DNA of 64,000 bases from Nanobdellota archaeon (GCA_013329215.1 DUKS01000002.1:13669-77668); one strand, 5' to 3'. Shown: positions 29,739 through 40,166, counted from the first letter of the stretch. Notes: generated by a model from the sequence alone, not told the origin. Translations and numbers: made by a program.

Positions 29739-30761
29739 ATGGGAGTTAAGCTTACAGACATAGTGCCGAGAAAAGAGATAGGCTGGGATGTGCTTAGCGG
29801 GAAAGTGCTTGCGCTTGACGCTTCAAATGTTCTTTACCAGTTCTTAAGCTCGATAAGGCAGCCTGACGGGACTTTATTGATGGATTCAAAAGGAAGGGTT
29901 ACGAGCCACCTCGTTGGCCTGTTTTCCCGCACTACAAACCTTATTGAGAAAGGAGTAAAACCGGCGTTTGTGTTTGACGGAAAGCCCCCTGCATTAAAAG
30001 GCGGTGAAATAGAGCGGAGGAGGGGGAGAAAAGAAAAAGCTGCTGAGAAATACGAAGAGGCAAAAGAAGAAGGCGATGAAAGCAGCATGCTGAAATACTC
30101 AAGGCAGTCAATAAAGCTTACGAAAGAGATGGCTGAAGAGGCAAAAGAGCTTGTTTCTGCCCTTGGCCTGCCTGTTGTACAGGCGCCTTCAGAAGCAGAG
30201 GCGCAGGCTGCATTTATATGCAAAAGGGGCGATGCATGGGCTGTTGCTTCGCAGGACTATGATGCATTATTGTTTGGCGCGCCGCGGGTTGTGCAGAACC
30301 TGACGCTTGCAGAAAGAAGGAAGCTGCCTAACGGAACTTATGCCAAAGTCACTCCTGCCCTGATTGAGCTTCAGGAGACCTTATCTTCGCTTTCAATATC
30401 GCAGGAGCAGCTTTTGTCGCTTGCAATACTTGTCGGCACTGACTTCAATCCCGGCGGCGTAAAGGGGATAGGCGCAAAAAAGGCGCTGAAGCTTGTTTCT
30501 GAATTCAATACAAGGGAAGATATATTCAGGGCTGCAAAGGCGGAATTTGATTACAGGGAAATAGCGGGTGTTTTCAGTGATATGCCTGTAAAAGAGGATT
30601 ACAGCGTTGAGTTCATGCAACTTGATGAGGAAAGGGTAAAGAAGATACTGGTTGACAAGCACGGGTTTTCTGTTGAGAGGGTTGATTCGGGGCTTGAAAG
30701 GCTTAGAGCGAAAAAAGAGGAGAGCAAAGGGCAGACGAGCTTATTGGCATTTGGCAGGTAG
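29739..30761 (+). CDS. fen1: Flap endonuclease 1
   Basis: MGVKLTDIV...LALDASNVLYQFL...AFVFDGKPP; XPG-N and XPG-I regions. Confidence 0.9.
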   Translation: MGVKLTDIVPRKEIGWDVLSGKVLALDASNVLYQFLSSIRQPDGTLLMDSKGRVTSHLVGLFSRTTNLIEKGVKPAFVFDGKPPALKGGEIERRRGRKEKAAEKYEEAKEEGDESSMLKYSRQSIKLTKEMAEEAKELVSALGLPVVQAPSEAEAQAAFICKRGDAWAVASQDYDALLFGAPRVVQNLTLAERRKLPNGTYAKVTPALIELQETLSSLSISQEQLLSLAILVGTDFNPGGVKGIGAKKALKLVSEFNTREDIFRAAKAEFDYREIAGVFSDMPVKEDYSVEFMQLDEERVKKILVDKHGFSVERVDSGLERLRAKKEESKGQTSLLAFGR

Positions 30762-30811
30762 CCTGTAGCTACTACATGTCAGCCAACCTCTACCGGGTTA
30801 ATCAAAAGTCT

Positions 30812-31120
30812 CTATAATCCGAAACTGTCAGTAAACGCCCTGACTTTGTTGTATTCTTCAAGAAACTTGCATCCTTTTTCGGTGAGCACGAACATCTTGT
30901 TGCCTGTCTTGGGGTCTTCTGTCTCTGCAAGCATGTTGCTGGCCTTCAGCTCGTCGATATACCTTTTCATGCCGTCATGCGACAGGTTTGACTTATACAG
31001 GAGGTGGGTCGGCTTTATCATGCCGCGCTTGTCCTGTATTGACTTCAGGATATCATATATGATTTCCAGCTTGTTTCTTCGTTCTGCCATTTTATCTTGA
31101 TTTCCTTGTATGCTTTTCAA
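30812..31120 (-). CDS. Small winged-helix DNA-binding protein
   Basis: wHTH-like; overlaps the upstream membrane-protein gene by 29 nt. Confidence 0.45.
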   Translation of the reverse strand: MKSIQGNQDKMAERRNKLEIIYDILKSIQDKRGMIKPTHLLYKSNLSHDGMKRYIDELKASNMLAETEDPKTGNKMFVLTEKGCKFLEEYNKVRAFTDSFGL

Positions 31121-31760
31121 CGTTTATGAACACAGCAAGCAATAGCCCATATCCGAGAAGCTGCACTGCATGCCCTACGACATAAAGCGTTGGCATGAAT
31201 ATCATTGCAAGCAGGAAAAGTTCAGCCAGCGCAAGCAGGTAAAAGCTTGAGAACACGAGCCCCGAGTTAAGCGTTTTCTTTTCCCTGTAGTTCTCATAAA
31301 ACTGCCATGCCATGAATGCAAGAAGCATTAAGGCGATGAGATGGAACTTCAGGTAATATTGGTATGAAAACAATGCAAACAGGAAAAGGAATGCAAACAT
31401 CAGTGCAATAAGCCTTCTCTGCTGCAGCTTCATTGCCACCACAAGCAGCAGGGTATAGCCTGTAAGCATGAGCGCTATATGGATGAAGTAAACCAGGTTT
31501 GCAACATTGAGCTCGTTGAACCTGCTTAGTATGCCGTCATAAATCCCAAGGTATACAAGAAGGTTTGAGAATGAAAGGAACAGGAATCCGAGCGCTGTCA
31601 TAAAAAACCCTGCGCTGAAATACTTGTATTTCCTTTCTTCAGTCAGCCTATATGCCTTGTAGCTGAATCCCGCTATCAAAAGCATGACTACTGCGAATAT
31701 TATCTGGAATACGGAGTCTATTGTGTAGAACCATGCAGGCCCGTTTATTGATATTATCAT
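31092..31760 (-). CDS. Polytopic integral membrane protein (6-7 TM), unknown function
   Basis: Multiple hydrophobic helices. Confidence 0.45.
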   Translation of the reverse strand: MIISINGPAWFYTIDSVFQIIFAVVMLLIAGFSYKAYRLTEERKYKYFSAGFFMTALGFLFLSFSNLLVYLGIYDGILSRFNELNVANLVYFIHIALMLTGYTLLLVVAMKLQQRRLIALMFAFLFLFALFSYQYYLKFHLIALMLLAFMAWQFYENYREKKTLNSGLVFSSFYLLALAELFLLAMIFMPTLYVVGHAVQLLGYGLLLAVFINVEKHTRKSR

Positions 31761-32085
31761 TTTGCTTCTAGAACCTTATTCTGCCCTTTTGTTTATAAAC
31801 TTTACTGTAAAGTAGCTAATTTTGGGCTCTATTTACCTTAAAATCCATATTTACCCTTTTTAAGCTTTGTGGACTTTGCTTACAGATAACCTCTTCACAT
31901 GCCTTAATAAAGCCCCCGCCAGCATTACTTGTATACCTTTGAACAAGGCACCTCCCAAGGTTATGTTCAAGAGAGGCGGGGAGAACACCTCTTTTCCCAC
32001 CCAATTTCTTCCCCGCCTTCTTTTATTTTTCAGCATTCATTATGCGGGGAAAAGGTTATAATCAAGTTCTGTTCATTCTATTTTT

Positions 32086-33078
32086 ATGAAAGCTGTAAAG
32101 GTTGAAAAGAAAGACGCCCAGAAAACACTTGATATGCTGAAAAGCAGTGGGCTTTTTGATAATTCGCACGAGATTAAGTTCGGGAAAGAGCATTTGCTTA
32201 TACCTGTTGTTTCTGCAAAAGGGCTTAAGGTTGTTGAAGCGCGGCTGAAAAAGAAGCAAAAACAGCCAAGGAACCTCGCAGAGGCGCTTCAGGGAAAGCT
32301 TACTCCGAAAGAGCTGGTTCTTGCGCCCAGGGCCTTTGACGTGCTCGGGGACATAGCTATTATTGAAGTTGACAAAAGGCTTGCCAAGAAAGAGAAGGCA
32401 ATAGCGAGGGTGCTTTTGGATTTGAACAAATACCTGAAAGTTGTTGCCAAAAAAGCAGGGGTGCATTCAGGCGTTTACAGGACGCAAAAGCTTAAGATTC
32501 TCGCCGGAGAGAAAAGGAAAGAAACAACATGCAGGGAAAACAATGTGCTCCTGAATCTTAACGCAGAAACCTGCTATTTTTCGCCAAGGCTTAGCACGGA
32601 GCGCCTTAGGGTGGCCAAACTGGTAAAAGAAGGCGAAAGCGTGCTTGTTATGTTTTCAGGCGTTGCCCCGTATCCCTGCGTGATTGCAAAGAACAGCGCT
32701 GCAAAAGAGGTTTATGGCGTTGAGATTAACCCTGACGCGCATAAGTATGCGCTTGAAAACATCAAACTGAACAAGCTTTTAAATGTGCGCGTGTTTTGCG
32801 GCGATGTAAGGAAGATTGTGCCTGAATTGGGGATGAAGTTTGACAGGATTGTAATGCCTCTGCCGAAAAGCGCTGCTGATTTTCTTGACGTTGCAAAGGC
32901 CGCTGCAAAGCAGGGCGCTGTAGTGCATATCTATGAGATTCTTAATACAGATGATTTTCCTGCTGAAACCATGAAGAGGGTGAAGGCGCAGTTCCCTAAT
33001 GCGGTTATGCTTGATGCAGTCAAATGCGGGGCGTACGGGCCGGGAATAATACGCGGCTGCGTGGATTTCAGGGTTTGA
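32086..33078 (+). CDS. Trm5/Taw2 (Met-10+) family tRNA methyltransferase
   Basis: PRAFDVLGDIAIIE...YFSPRLSTER...VLVMFSGVAPY...GVEINPDA. Confidence 0.8.
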   Translation: MKAVKVEKKDAQKTLDMLKSSGLFDNSHEIKFGKEHLLIPVVSAKGLKVVEARLKKKQKQPRNLAEALQGKLTPKELVLAPRAFDVLGDIAIIEVDKRLAKKEKAIARVLLDLNKYLKVVAKKAGVHSGVYRTQKLKILAGEKRKETTCRENNVLLNLNAETCYFSPRLSTERLRVAKLVKEGESVLVMFSGVAPYPCVIAKNSAAKEVYGVEINPDAHKYALENIKLNKLLNVRVFCGDVRKIVPELGMKFDRIVMPLPKSAADFLDVAKAAAKQGAVVHIYEILNTDDFPAETMKRVKAQFPNAVMLDAVKCGAYGPGIIRGCVDFRV

Positions 33079-33137
33079 CAGAATTTGCTTATTTTCATGC
33101 GGAAGGCTTATAAGCGCCTGTTTAACAAAGACGGATT

Positions 33138-33386
33138 ATGGGAAAAATAATATTAGGGCTGGTTGCAATTTTAGGGCTTGCGGCTGCGGATTCAACATGC
33201 GGCGGCGGAACATGCCTTGAAGCATGCGCCAGGCAGGACCATGCTGCACCTAACGGAGACAAGGGCGGGGCTGCCCTCAGCTTGTTTTTTGGCAATGCTG
33301 ACCATTTATCTCCATATGGATGGGGCGCCTTGGCTGTGCCTATTGTGATTGGTGTGTATGCTATTGCAACCCGCAGGCGGGACTAA
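33138..33386 (+). CDS. Small secreted or membrane protein with C-terminal TM plus RRRD tail
   Basis: Signal-like N-terminus; Gly/Cys-rich; C-terminal PIVIGVYAIATRRRD. Confidence 0.3.
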   Translation: MGKIILGLVAILGLAAADSTCGGGTCLEACARQDHAAPNGDKGGAALSLFFGNADHLSPYGWGALAVPIVIGVYAIATRRRD

Positions 33387-33405
33387 ACCGAGAAAAGAGC
33401 AGATT

Positions 33406-34230
33406 ATGTCATGCAGCAGGTTTTCAACAGGGAATGCGGATTATTGGCTTATTCTGGCAAAACATCAAACACCGGCAAATGAAATTATATTTGATGATGA
33501 CAAGATAAAGCAGCTTGACGCACTTGTGCTTGAAGACTGGGGGCACGGTTCCAAGGTGTTTGACCTGCCTCAATATTATAACCTGACAGATACTGCAAAA
33601 GCAAATGATATTCCTGTTTACATTACTGATATAAATACGGATGACGTCGCGGAATATGATGAGTATTCCAAACGAATTGTTTATGCTGGACTTGCCGCTG
33701 CTGTAGGCACCAGAATCACAGCCGCCGTTCTTAAGAAAATGAAAAAGATGACAAGAAGAAGAATGCTGGGGCTGACAATAGGCTCGATAGCATGCCTTGG
33801 GATAGCGGGTTTGGGGTTTGTGCCGCAATGGGCTTCAAACTCGCTTGCAGAAGAAAGAAAAGATGCAAATGAGCTTGAGCGGAAAATAGTTGCGCTGCAG
33901 ACAGAGCTTATTGAAACGCAGGTTGCAACCATGCGCAATGCGGTAAACGCAAGAAAAATAGAGGAACATCTGGCGCCAATGCTTGGGCAGAGGCTCGGAA
34001 GAAAGCCGAGGATTGCTGTTGTGTTTGGCTCGCTTCATGCTGCACTGAAAGACCATTTGCAGGATAAGGGCCTGAGGGACGAGACTATATCTGATTTTTC
34101 TGATGTTTTGGGGCAGGAGGAAAAAAGTAGCCGCTATTTTGAAATGCAGCTGAACACAATATATGAGTTTATTCCGACGGAGTCAAGGCACGGGTTTATC
34201 ACGCATGAATACAGGTGCAATTGCTTTTAA
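33406..34230 (+). CDS. Hypothetical protein with a central TM segment
   Basis: ORF; MSCSRF start chosen; coiled-coil-like C-terminal half. Confidence 0.35.
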   Translation: MSCSRFSTGNADYWLILAKHQTPANEIIFDDDKIKQLDALVLEDWGHGSKVFDLPQYYNLTDTAKANDIPVYITDINTDDVAEYDEYSKRIVYAGLAAAVGTRITAAVLKKMKKMTRRRMLGLTIGSIACLGIAGLGFVPQWASNSLAEERKDANELERKIVALQTELIETQVATMRNAVNARKIEEHLAPMLGQRLGRKPRIAVVFGSLHAALKDHLQDKGLRDETISDFSDVLGQEEKSSRYFEMQLNTIYEFIPTESRHGFITHEYRCNCF

Positions 34231-34784
34231 TCTTTAAATCCAATCCCCAATAAGTAGACTTCCATGCTCCTCTGCCTTGAGGCTTCTGGCTTTACTGTCT
34301 TCACAAACTCGAAATGCTTCCTCACTTCATCAAAGAACTCTTTGTAGCCTTCTCCCTGAAATACCTTAACCAGGAAGTTTCCGTTCTGCTTCAGGTGCTT
34401 TATTGCAATATTAAGCGCTGCCTCTGTCAGGTCCAGTGACCTGCCCACATCCAAAGCCCTTATGCCTGATGTCTTTGGAGCCAGGTCGCTTAAGACAACA
34501 TCAAAAGAGGATTGTATCTGTTTGGTTGTTTTGCTTTCCAATACGCTGCCTTGTATGAACTCAGTGTTTTCTACCGGCGCGATAGCTGCCAAGTCTATTC
34601 CCATCACCCTGCCTGCGCCCATTCTTTTTGCAGCAATCATCCATCCGCCGGGCCAGCATCCCAGGTCAAGCACATCATCGCCCCTTTTGATAATATGGTA
34701 CTTGCTGTTAATCTGCAAAAGCTTGTACGCGCTTCTCGCCCTCAGCCCTTCTGAGAGCGCTTTGTCAGTATATTTGTCGTGCAT
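34227..34784 (-). CDS. rlmE: 23S rRNA 2'-O-ribose methyltransferase RlmE/FtsJ
   Basis: RSAYKLLQI...VLDLGCWPGGW...VLSDLAPKTSG. Confidence 0.9.
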   Translation of the reverse strand: MHDKYTDKALSEGLRARSAYKLLQINSKYHIIKRGDDVLDLGCWPGGWMIAAKRMGAGRVMGIDLAAIAPVENTEFIQGSVLESKTTKQIQSSFDVVLSDLAPKTSGIRALDVGRSLDLTEAALNIAIKHLKQNGNFLVKVFQGEGYKEFFDEVRKHFEFVKTVKPEASRQRSMEVYLLGIGFKD

Positions 34785-34803
34785 GCTAAAAGAAGAGTGA
34801 ATT

Positions 34804-35427
34804 ATGTTTAAAATAGTTTGTATGGCAATGCTTTTATATAGGAAAGCAAACTATACCTGTATGATGGACACCACAAAATCAATAATAGCAATACTGCTTG
34901 TTGCGGTTATTTTCTTGTCAGGCGCGCTTGCAGGCCAGTATACAGGGATGCCGATTGCCGGTTCTTCTTCGGATTTATCAGCCAATACCTTGACTGTAAA
35001 AACGCTCAGGGCTCCGGTTCTGTTCATCGATATAAATTCAAGCATAAAATCATATAAGCAATTGTCCGGCATTGCGTCCGGCAGGGATATAGCAATAACC
35101 GCCTTTTCCCCATCTGGGCGCGGGTTATTTGCGAGCACAGAAAGCGGCTATGGCATTGAAGGGTATGCATCTGGTGCAGCCGGATTCTCAGGATATTTCC
35201 ATGGCGGCAAAGGGCTTTACACTGACAACATCCTTTTTGGCAGAACCGCATTCCAGGGAAGCAAGGGCCAGCTCGTGCTTTTTGCGTCAGGCAGATATAC
35301 ATGCTTAAATGTTTGCAATTCACACGGGCTTCCATGCAGTAAGGCATATGCAATAGAAAGCGAGAGCCTTACGGATGTTGGCGACTGCTCTTTCCTGTCA
35401 GGAAACAAGTTTTGCATCTGCGGCTAA
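34804..35427 (+). CDS. Hypothetical secreted/membrane protein, Gly/Ser-rich with C-terminal Cys cluster
   Basis: N-terminal TM; no recognised domain. Confidence 0.3.
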   Translation: MFKIVCMAMLLYRKANYTCMMDTTKSIIAILLVAVIFLSGALAGQYTGMPIAGSSSDLSANTLTVKTLRAPVLFIDINSSIKSYKQLSGIASGRDIAITAFSPSGRGLFASTESGYGIEGYASGAAGFSGYFHGGKGLYTDNILFGRTAFQGSKGQLVLFASGRYTCLNVCNSHGLPCSKAYAIESESLTDVGDCSFLSGNKFCICG

Positions 35428-35472
35428 ACAGTTTTATTGTTTTTTATTCTTCTGAGAATATTCTTTGTGTAT

Positions 35473-38331
35473 TTATTCTGCCAGTATCGCCGGCTTTCCG
35501 GGCATTGCCTGCCTTGCTTTGGGTGCCTGGCTTTTCTCAGCGTCTATAATCTCAATCTTGCAGTTGAATTCCTGCTCAAGCGCCGCAACCGAGTCTTTTA
35601 ATGCTTTTTCCTCATCTTTTTTTTCAAGCACGAACTCGGGAGTTTTCTCCGCGAGTTTCGGCACCAGTTTCATTATATCCTGGCCGTGCTGCTTTAACTG
35701 GGTCTGCATGACTGACTTTATTATCTCTCCTGCATTCCTTGTATTAAGCTTTTTTACATGCCCGACAAGCTCGTACTTCCATTGGCCTGCCGTGAATAGC
35801 GTAATTTTCTTCGGCTTCTCTATTTTTGCAAGCTCAAGAACCTTTCTTATGTCAGAAGACAGTGCCTCAAGGCTATCTTCGCTGAATTCGGCCATGGGGT
35901 TAATCTTCTTTTCGTCATGCTGCGGCCATTCTGCATTTGACACGAATCCTTTTCCAGCCATTGCCCAAAGCTCTTCTGCATAATGAGGCACAAGCGGGCA
36001 CAGCATTTTTACATATCTTTCTGCAACATAGTCATTCAGCGTAGGAATATCTTGTTCGCTGATGCGCCTTGCTTTTCTGTATATCCTTGGTATGTCATGC
36101 AGCACGATGTTCGAATAGTCCCTTAGGTTCATTGCTGCAAGGAATGCGCCGGCCTTTTTCACGTCATTCTCAAATCTTGAGGCGAATGCCGCAAACTTGT
36201 TTCCGAGCTTTGCTTTTTTCCTGTTTGTGCATATCTCATTGCACATGTCAAACAATGATGAAATGTGGGTTTTCATTTTTTCAACCTCATCGCTTTCCCA
36301 GTTAAGCGTGCTGTCGATGCTTGTTGAATTGCAAAGGAATGCCCTGAATGTGTCAGCGCCGTACCTGTTGTTTATGTCCAGCAGTGTCACAACATTGCCT
36401 TTTGACTTGGACATCTTTGTGCCCTCTGAAATTACCATGCCGTGGAATGTTATCTTCTTAGGCCATTTCTCTTTCGGAAGGCATGCTGTATGCGCAAAAA
36501 TCATGAAGGAAAGGTGGTTTGACAGGTGTGCGGTAAATGTGTGCCTGTGGTCATTCGGGTACCAGTAGCCGAAAGCTTCCCTTAATGCCTTAAGCTGCGC
36601 CTCAGGAATGTTCAGCTTCGCGGAAACTTTTTCCAGGCCCCCTTTTTCCAAGTAAACATAATCAAAAAACTCAGGCGTGAGCTGCCCTTCAGTTAATTTG
36701 TATTCATTTACCTTGTTTGCGATTGTGTAAAGTGTCATGTAAAGCGTTGAGTCTGACAATGACTCTATCACCCATTCCCTGTCGTATGGCAGCTTTGTCC
36801 CAAGCCCTCTCTTTCTTGCACAAGGCCTTTTGTCAAGCCATGCAAACGTGTCCTCAAACTGCTTTCTGAACTTTTCAGGCACAATAGACATTGAATTAAG
36901 GCATTCACCCGCCTCTTTTTTCCATCCTTTTGCATTAAAGTCAATGAACCACTGGTTGTCAAGCACTGCGACTATTACCTCCCCCCCATCCCTTGACTTT
37001 GCGGGCCTTGACGTCTCATACATTATGTCAGCTTTTTTGTTTTTAATGAGCTCTGCTTTCATGGCATCTTTTGCTTCAATTACTTTCATTCCTGCGAACC
37101 TGCCGCATGTGTCTATCATAACGCCTGTATGGAACCCTATCTTGTATATTTCCTGCGTTGCTTCCTGCAGCTTCTCATGCTGGCTCAGGGAATTGATGCC
37201 CATTTTTTTGCAGATCTCAACAGCCGGGAACCTGCCGTAGTCTTTTGACTCAATAATCGGGATAAGCTGTATTGATTTTACCTTGCTGTAATCAAGCCCG
37301 TATTTCATGCACATTGCTTCTGATTCCTGCAGCTCTTTCAGGGAAATCCAGTCAAAAGGCGCATCGCTTGGCACTGAAGTGACAAGCCCCGTCCCTATGC
37401 CCGGTTCGCAGTGCGTTGAAGGCAGTATTGGTATTTCCCTATCTATGAAAGGGGCAGTGCAGCTTTTTCCAAGAAGGTCTTTTCCGCGCAGTTTTCCTGT
37501 TACCTCCACTTTCTTGTCCTGGTACTTCAGCTTTTCAGCGCATTCAGCGCTTATAATCCATTTTTCTCCGTTGACTTTTGCGGTTGCATACTCAACATCA
37601 GGGTTTGCCCACATGTTTGTCTGGCCGTACATTGTTTCAGGCCTTAATGTTGCTGCTATTATGAATGAGTCGCCGTATTTGAATTTGATGAGCGTGAATT
37701 CCTGCTTGTCCACGGGGTTTGTGTCGCCTTCAATTATGTCATCTTCTCCGACTGCATTGCCCAGCGACTTGCTGTAAAGCACAGGATACTTTCCCTGTAT
37801 AAGGTAATTCTTTTCCTTGTACTTGCCAAATTGCCATTCAACCATTTTCTGGTGTATTGTGTCGCCTGATGTAAAGCTTCTTCTCCAGTCAACTCCAAGC
37901 CCAAGCGTTGAGAATTCGTCAACCATCTTTGGTATGAAAAATCCAACTATTTTCCACGGGTCTTCAAATGATTTTACAACCGCCTCTGCTTCTTTCTCGC
38001 TCTTCACGTAATTCCGCACATAGCCCTTGTAAAGCTCGATCTTGTCCTTGTCGTTGTTTTTAATCGCGAGGCTTATGCCCAGGACCGGCGTGCCTGAAAT
38101 ATGAAATGCTATAGGGTAAAGGACATTCTTTCCTGCCATTCTCAGGTATCTTGAATAAACATCAGCTTCAGTGACAACCCTTGCATGCCCGATGTGCAAT
38201 GAGCCTGAAATGTAGGGGTAAGGCACTGTAATGAAGAATTTCTCTTTCTTTCTGTCTATTTCAGCCTCAAATAGTTTGCTTTCCTTCCATTTCTTCTGCC
38301 ACTTGTCCTGTATTGCCTTGAAGTCGGGCAT
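35473..38331 (-). CDS. leuS: Leucyl-tRNA synthetase (archaeal/eukaryal type)
   Basis: HIGH motif (SLHIGHARV) and KMSKS motif (KMSKSKGN). Confidence 0.95.
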   Translation of the reverse strand: MPDFKAIQDKWQKKWKESKLFEAEIDRKKEKFFITVPYPYISGSLHIGHARVVTEADVYSRYLRMAGKNVLYPIAFHISGTPVLGISLAIKNNDKDKIELYKGYVRNYVKSEKEAEAVVKSFEDPWKIVGFFIPKMVDEFSTLGLGVDWRRSFTSGDTIHQKMVEWQFGKYKEKNYLIQGKYPVLYSKSLGNAVGEDDIIEGDTNPVDKQEFTLIKFKYGDSFIIAATLRPETMYGQTNMWANPDVEYATAKVNGEKWIISAECAEKLKYQDKKVEVTGKLRGKDLLGKSCTAPFIDREIPILPSTHCEPGIGTGLVTSVPSDAPFDWISLKELQESEAMCMKYGLDYSKVKSIQLIPIIESKDYGRFPAVEICKKMGINSLSQHEKLQEATQEIYKIGFHTGVMIDTCGRFAGMKVIEAKDAMKAELIKNKKADIMYETSRPAKSRDGGEVIVAVLDNQWFIDFNAKGWKKEAGECLNSMSIVPEKFRKQFEDTFAWLDKRPCARKRGLGTKLPYDREWVIESLSDSTLYMTLYTIANKVNEYKLTEGQLTPEFFDYVYLEKGGLEKVSAKLNIPEAQLKALREAFGYWYPNDHRHTFTAHLSNHLSFMIFAHTACLPKEKWPKKITFHGMVISEGTKMSKSKGNVVTLLDINNRYGADTFRAFLCNSTSIDSTLNWESDEVEKMKTHISSLFDMCNEICTNRKKAKLGNKFAAFASRFENDVKKAGAFLAAMNLRDYSNIVLHDIPRIYRKARRISEQDIPTLNDYVAERYVKMLCPLVPHYAEELWAMAGKGFVSNAEWPQHDEKKINPMAEFSEDSLEALSSDIRKVLELAKIEKPKKITLFTAGQWKYELVGHVKKLNTRNAGEIIKSVMQTQLKQHGQDIMKLVPKLAEKTPEFVLEKKDEEKALKDSVAALEQEFNCKIEIIDAEKSQAPKARQAMPGKPAILAE

Positions 38332-38411
38332 GTAGGGATAAAAGCAGGAGGCATTATATAAAGGTTTTTATGACCGCCATCGTCAAAGAGGGAGCGGCCC
38401 AGCTGAATTAT

Positions 38412-39026
38412 TTAAACATTATGCCATCCGGACACAATCCGGTCTGCTGACTGCAGCAGCACAAGCTCGGGGCACTTCTGCTTAATCATGGGCTCGTTTA
38501 TTTCGTAATTCTTGTCATAGCCGCCCATATGCCACCTTATCAGCAAAGCTTCCTTCTCAGTCGGCTCAATATACCTTCCGGCTATCCATAATGATTTCTC
38601 GCCGTGCCCGATTGGGAATTCGTCATCAAAGTAATAGGGCCTGGCGCCCGACTGCCCCTTTCCCCTGCCTTTCTTTATTTCATTCTTCCGGTATATGCCT
38701 ATCTTGCAGAAGTCATGGCATATTCCTGCGATTATCCTGCTTTCTGAAGCCAGGCCGGAGCCGTGTCTTGCAAGCAGTTCGTCAAACTCATGATAAACCA
38801 GATAGCTGTGCGCAGCAAGCCCCCCCTCATAATTGCCGTGGAACTTCGTAGATGCAGGCGCCCTGTAAAAGTCAGAGCTTTCCATGTACTTAAGCATCTT
38901 GTCCATTCCTTTCCGCTTTATGCCTGCCATTGCGCCTATTATCTCCTGCCTGACTGATTCAATTGTCGCTTCTGAAAGGCAGCCTTTCTTCCCCTCTTCC
39001 AATAATACTTTCATGTCCAGTGTCAT
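38412..39026 (-). CDS. HD-domain phosphohydrolase
   Basis: H...H...ICHD pattern (HGNYEGGLAAHSY...ICHDFCKIG); its start overlaps the ligase stop. Confidence 0.55.
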   Translation of the reverse strand: MTLDMKVLLEEGKKGCLSEATIESVRQEIIGAMAGIKRKGMDKMLKYMESSDFYRAPASTKFHGNYEGGLAAHSYLVYHEFDELLARHGSGLASESRIIAGICHDFCKIGIYRKNEIKKGRGKGQSGARPYYFDDEFPIGHGEKSLWIAGRYIEPTEKEALLIRWHMGGYDKNYEINEPMIKQKCPELVLLQSADRIVSGWHNV

Positions 39027-40102
39027 ATCAGCCCCTCCTGCGCTTTGTACAGATATTCAACATCGTTTACCGTGCTTGCCTGCACTGCTGCTTTGTCTTC
39101 CCTTATTTCGTTCAGCCACGCTATTCTCAATGAATAGGATTTTCCGCTGTCCAGCCCGCAGCTGTACCTGTTCTTTCCATAATGTATGTTCATTGCTTTT
39201 ACTTCAACAACAACTGAAGAATTTGGCTCGATATAGAACTGCGGCAAATCTTCATCTCCTGCGCATGGAGACAGCACGACAGAAGACGGCTTTTCAGCAA
39301 CATATTTGCCTTTCAAAAGCTCTTCAAGCTGCCTGTTCATGCCTTTTCTTTTTGCATTGACTTTTGTCAGCGTTTCAAAGCATTTGCGCGCCGGGTTATA
39401 GGTGCCGCAGAGCAGCTGGCTTATCACGCCATTGCTCATATAAACGCCAAGAACCACAACATCTATCGGCTCAAACTTTTTGATTTTCAGCCATTCGCCG
39501 CTTTCATCCCCGGGAATATATAGCGAAGACGGGTTCTTGCAAACAAGGCCCTCATTCTTCCCGCCCACCAGCCTGTTGAATAATGCCTCGAGCCCTTCTG
39601 CTGAGCTTATTCTCCACTGCCGGCCCGGCTTTATCCTTTTTTCATTAATCCTTTCTGTGTATCTCCTTCTTTCTGTTAATGGCATATCAAGAAGCCATGC
39701 ACCTGCAAAATTGATTGCGTCAAAAACCCTTATCTCTAGTTTCCTGCTCAGGTCTGCCTTTTTCCTGTATGCTTCCATGCCCTGCTCTTTTGAGCGGAAC
39801 CTGTTCTTTACAACCCTGAATCCGGAATGCCCTATGCCTCCGTTTAGTTCGCAGTCAAGAACGCAGTCAGGCAGGCTTTGTATTGATGCTGAAAGCTCCG
39901 GATATATGCCGAGCGGCGCTTCATTCAGGCTTCTTGTAAATGCTTTTACTATGCTGCCCTTTTTGTGCAGCTGAATCCTGTATCCGTCATATTTTAATTC
40001 AGCGCATGTCACGCCGCTGTGGAGGGCTATTACATCCCTGTATACATCATCGCCTGCTGCATACACTGCAAGCATCGGCTCGATTGGTTTTAGTATTTCC
40101 AT
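39023..40102 (-). CDS. Minimal ATP-dependent DNA ligase (nucleotidyltransferase plus OB, 359 aa)
   Basis: Motif I KYDGYR, motif III LDCELNGG, motif IV EGLVCK, motif V WLKIKK. Confidence 0.7.
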   Translation of the reverse strand: MEILKPIEPMLAVYAAGDDVYRDVIALHSGVTCAELKYDGYRIQLHKKGSIVKAFTRSLNEAPLGIYPELSASIQSLPDCVLDCELNGGIGHSGFRVVKNRFRSKEQGMEAYRKKADLSRKLEIRVFDAINFAGAWLLDMPLTERRRYTERINEKRIKPGRQWRISSAEGLEALFNRLVGGKNEGLVCKNPSSLYIPGDESGEWLKIKKFEPIDVVVLGVYMSNGVISQLLCGTYNPARKCFETLTKVNAKRKGMNRQLEELLKGKYVAEKPSSVVLSPCAGDEDLPQFYIEPNSSVVVEVKAMNIHYGKNRYSCGLDSGKSYSLRIAWLNEIREDKAAVQASTVNDVEYLYKAQEGLI

Positions 40103-40166
40103 TTTATTCCTCCTGCTTGAACCTTGTTATGATTGAAGCATATGTCTAACTATATCAATAAATGGG

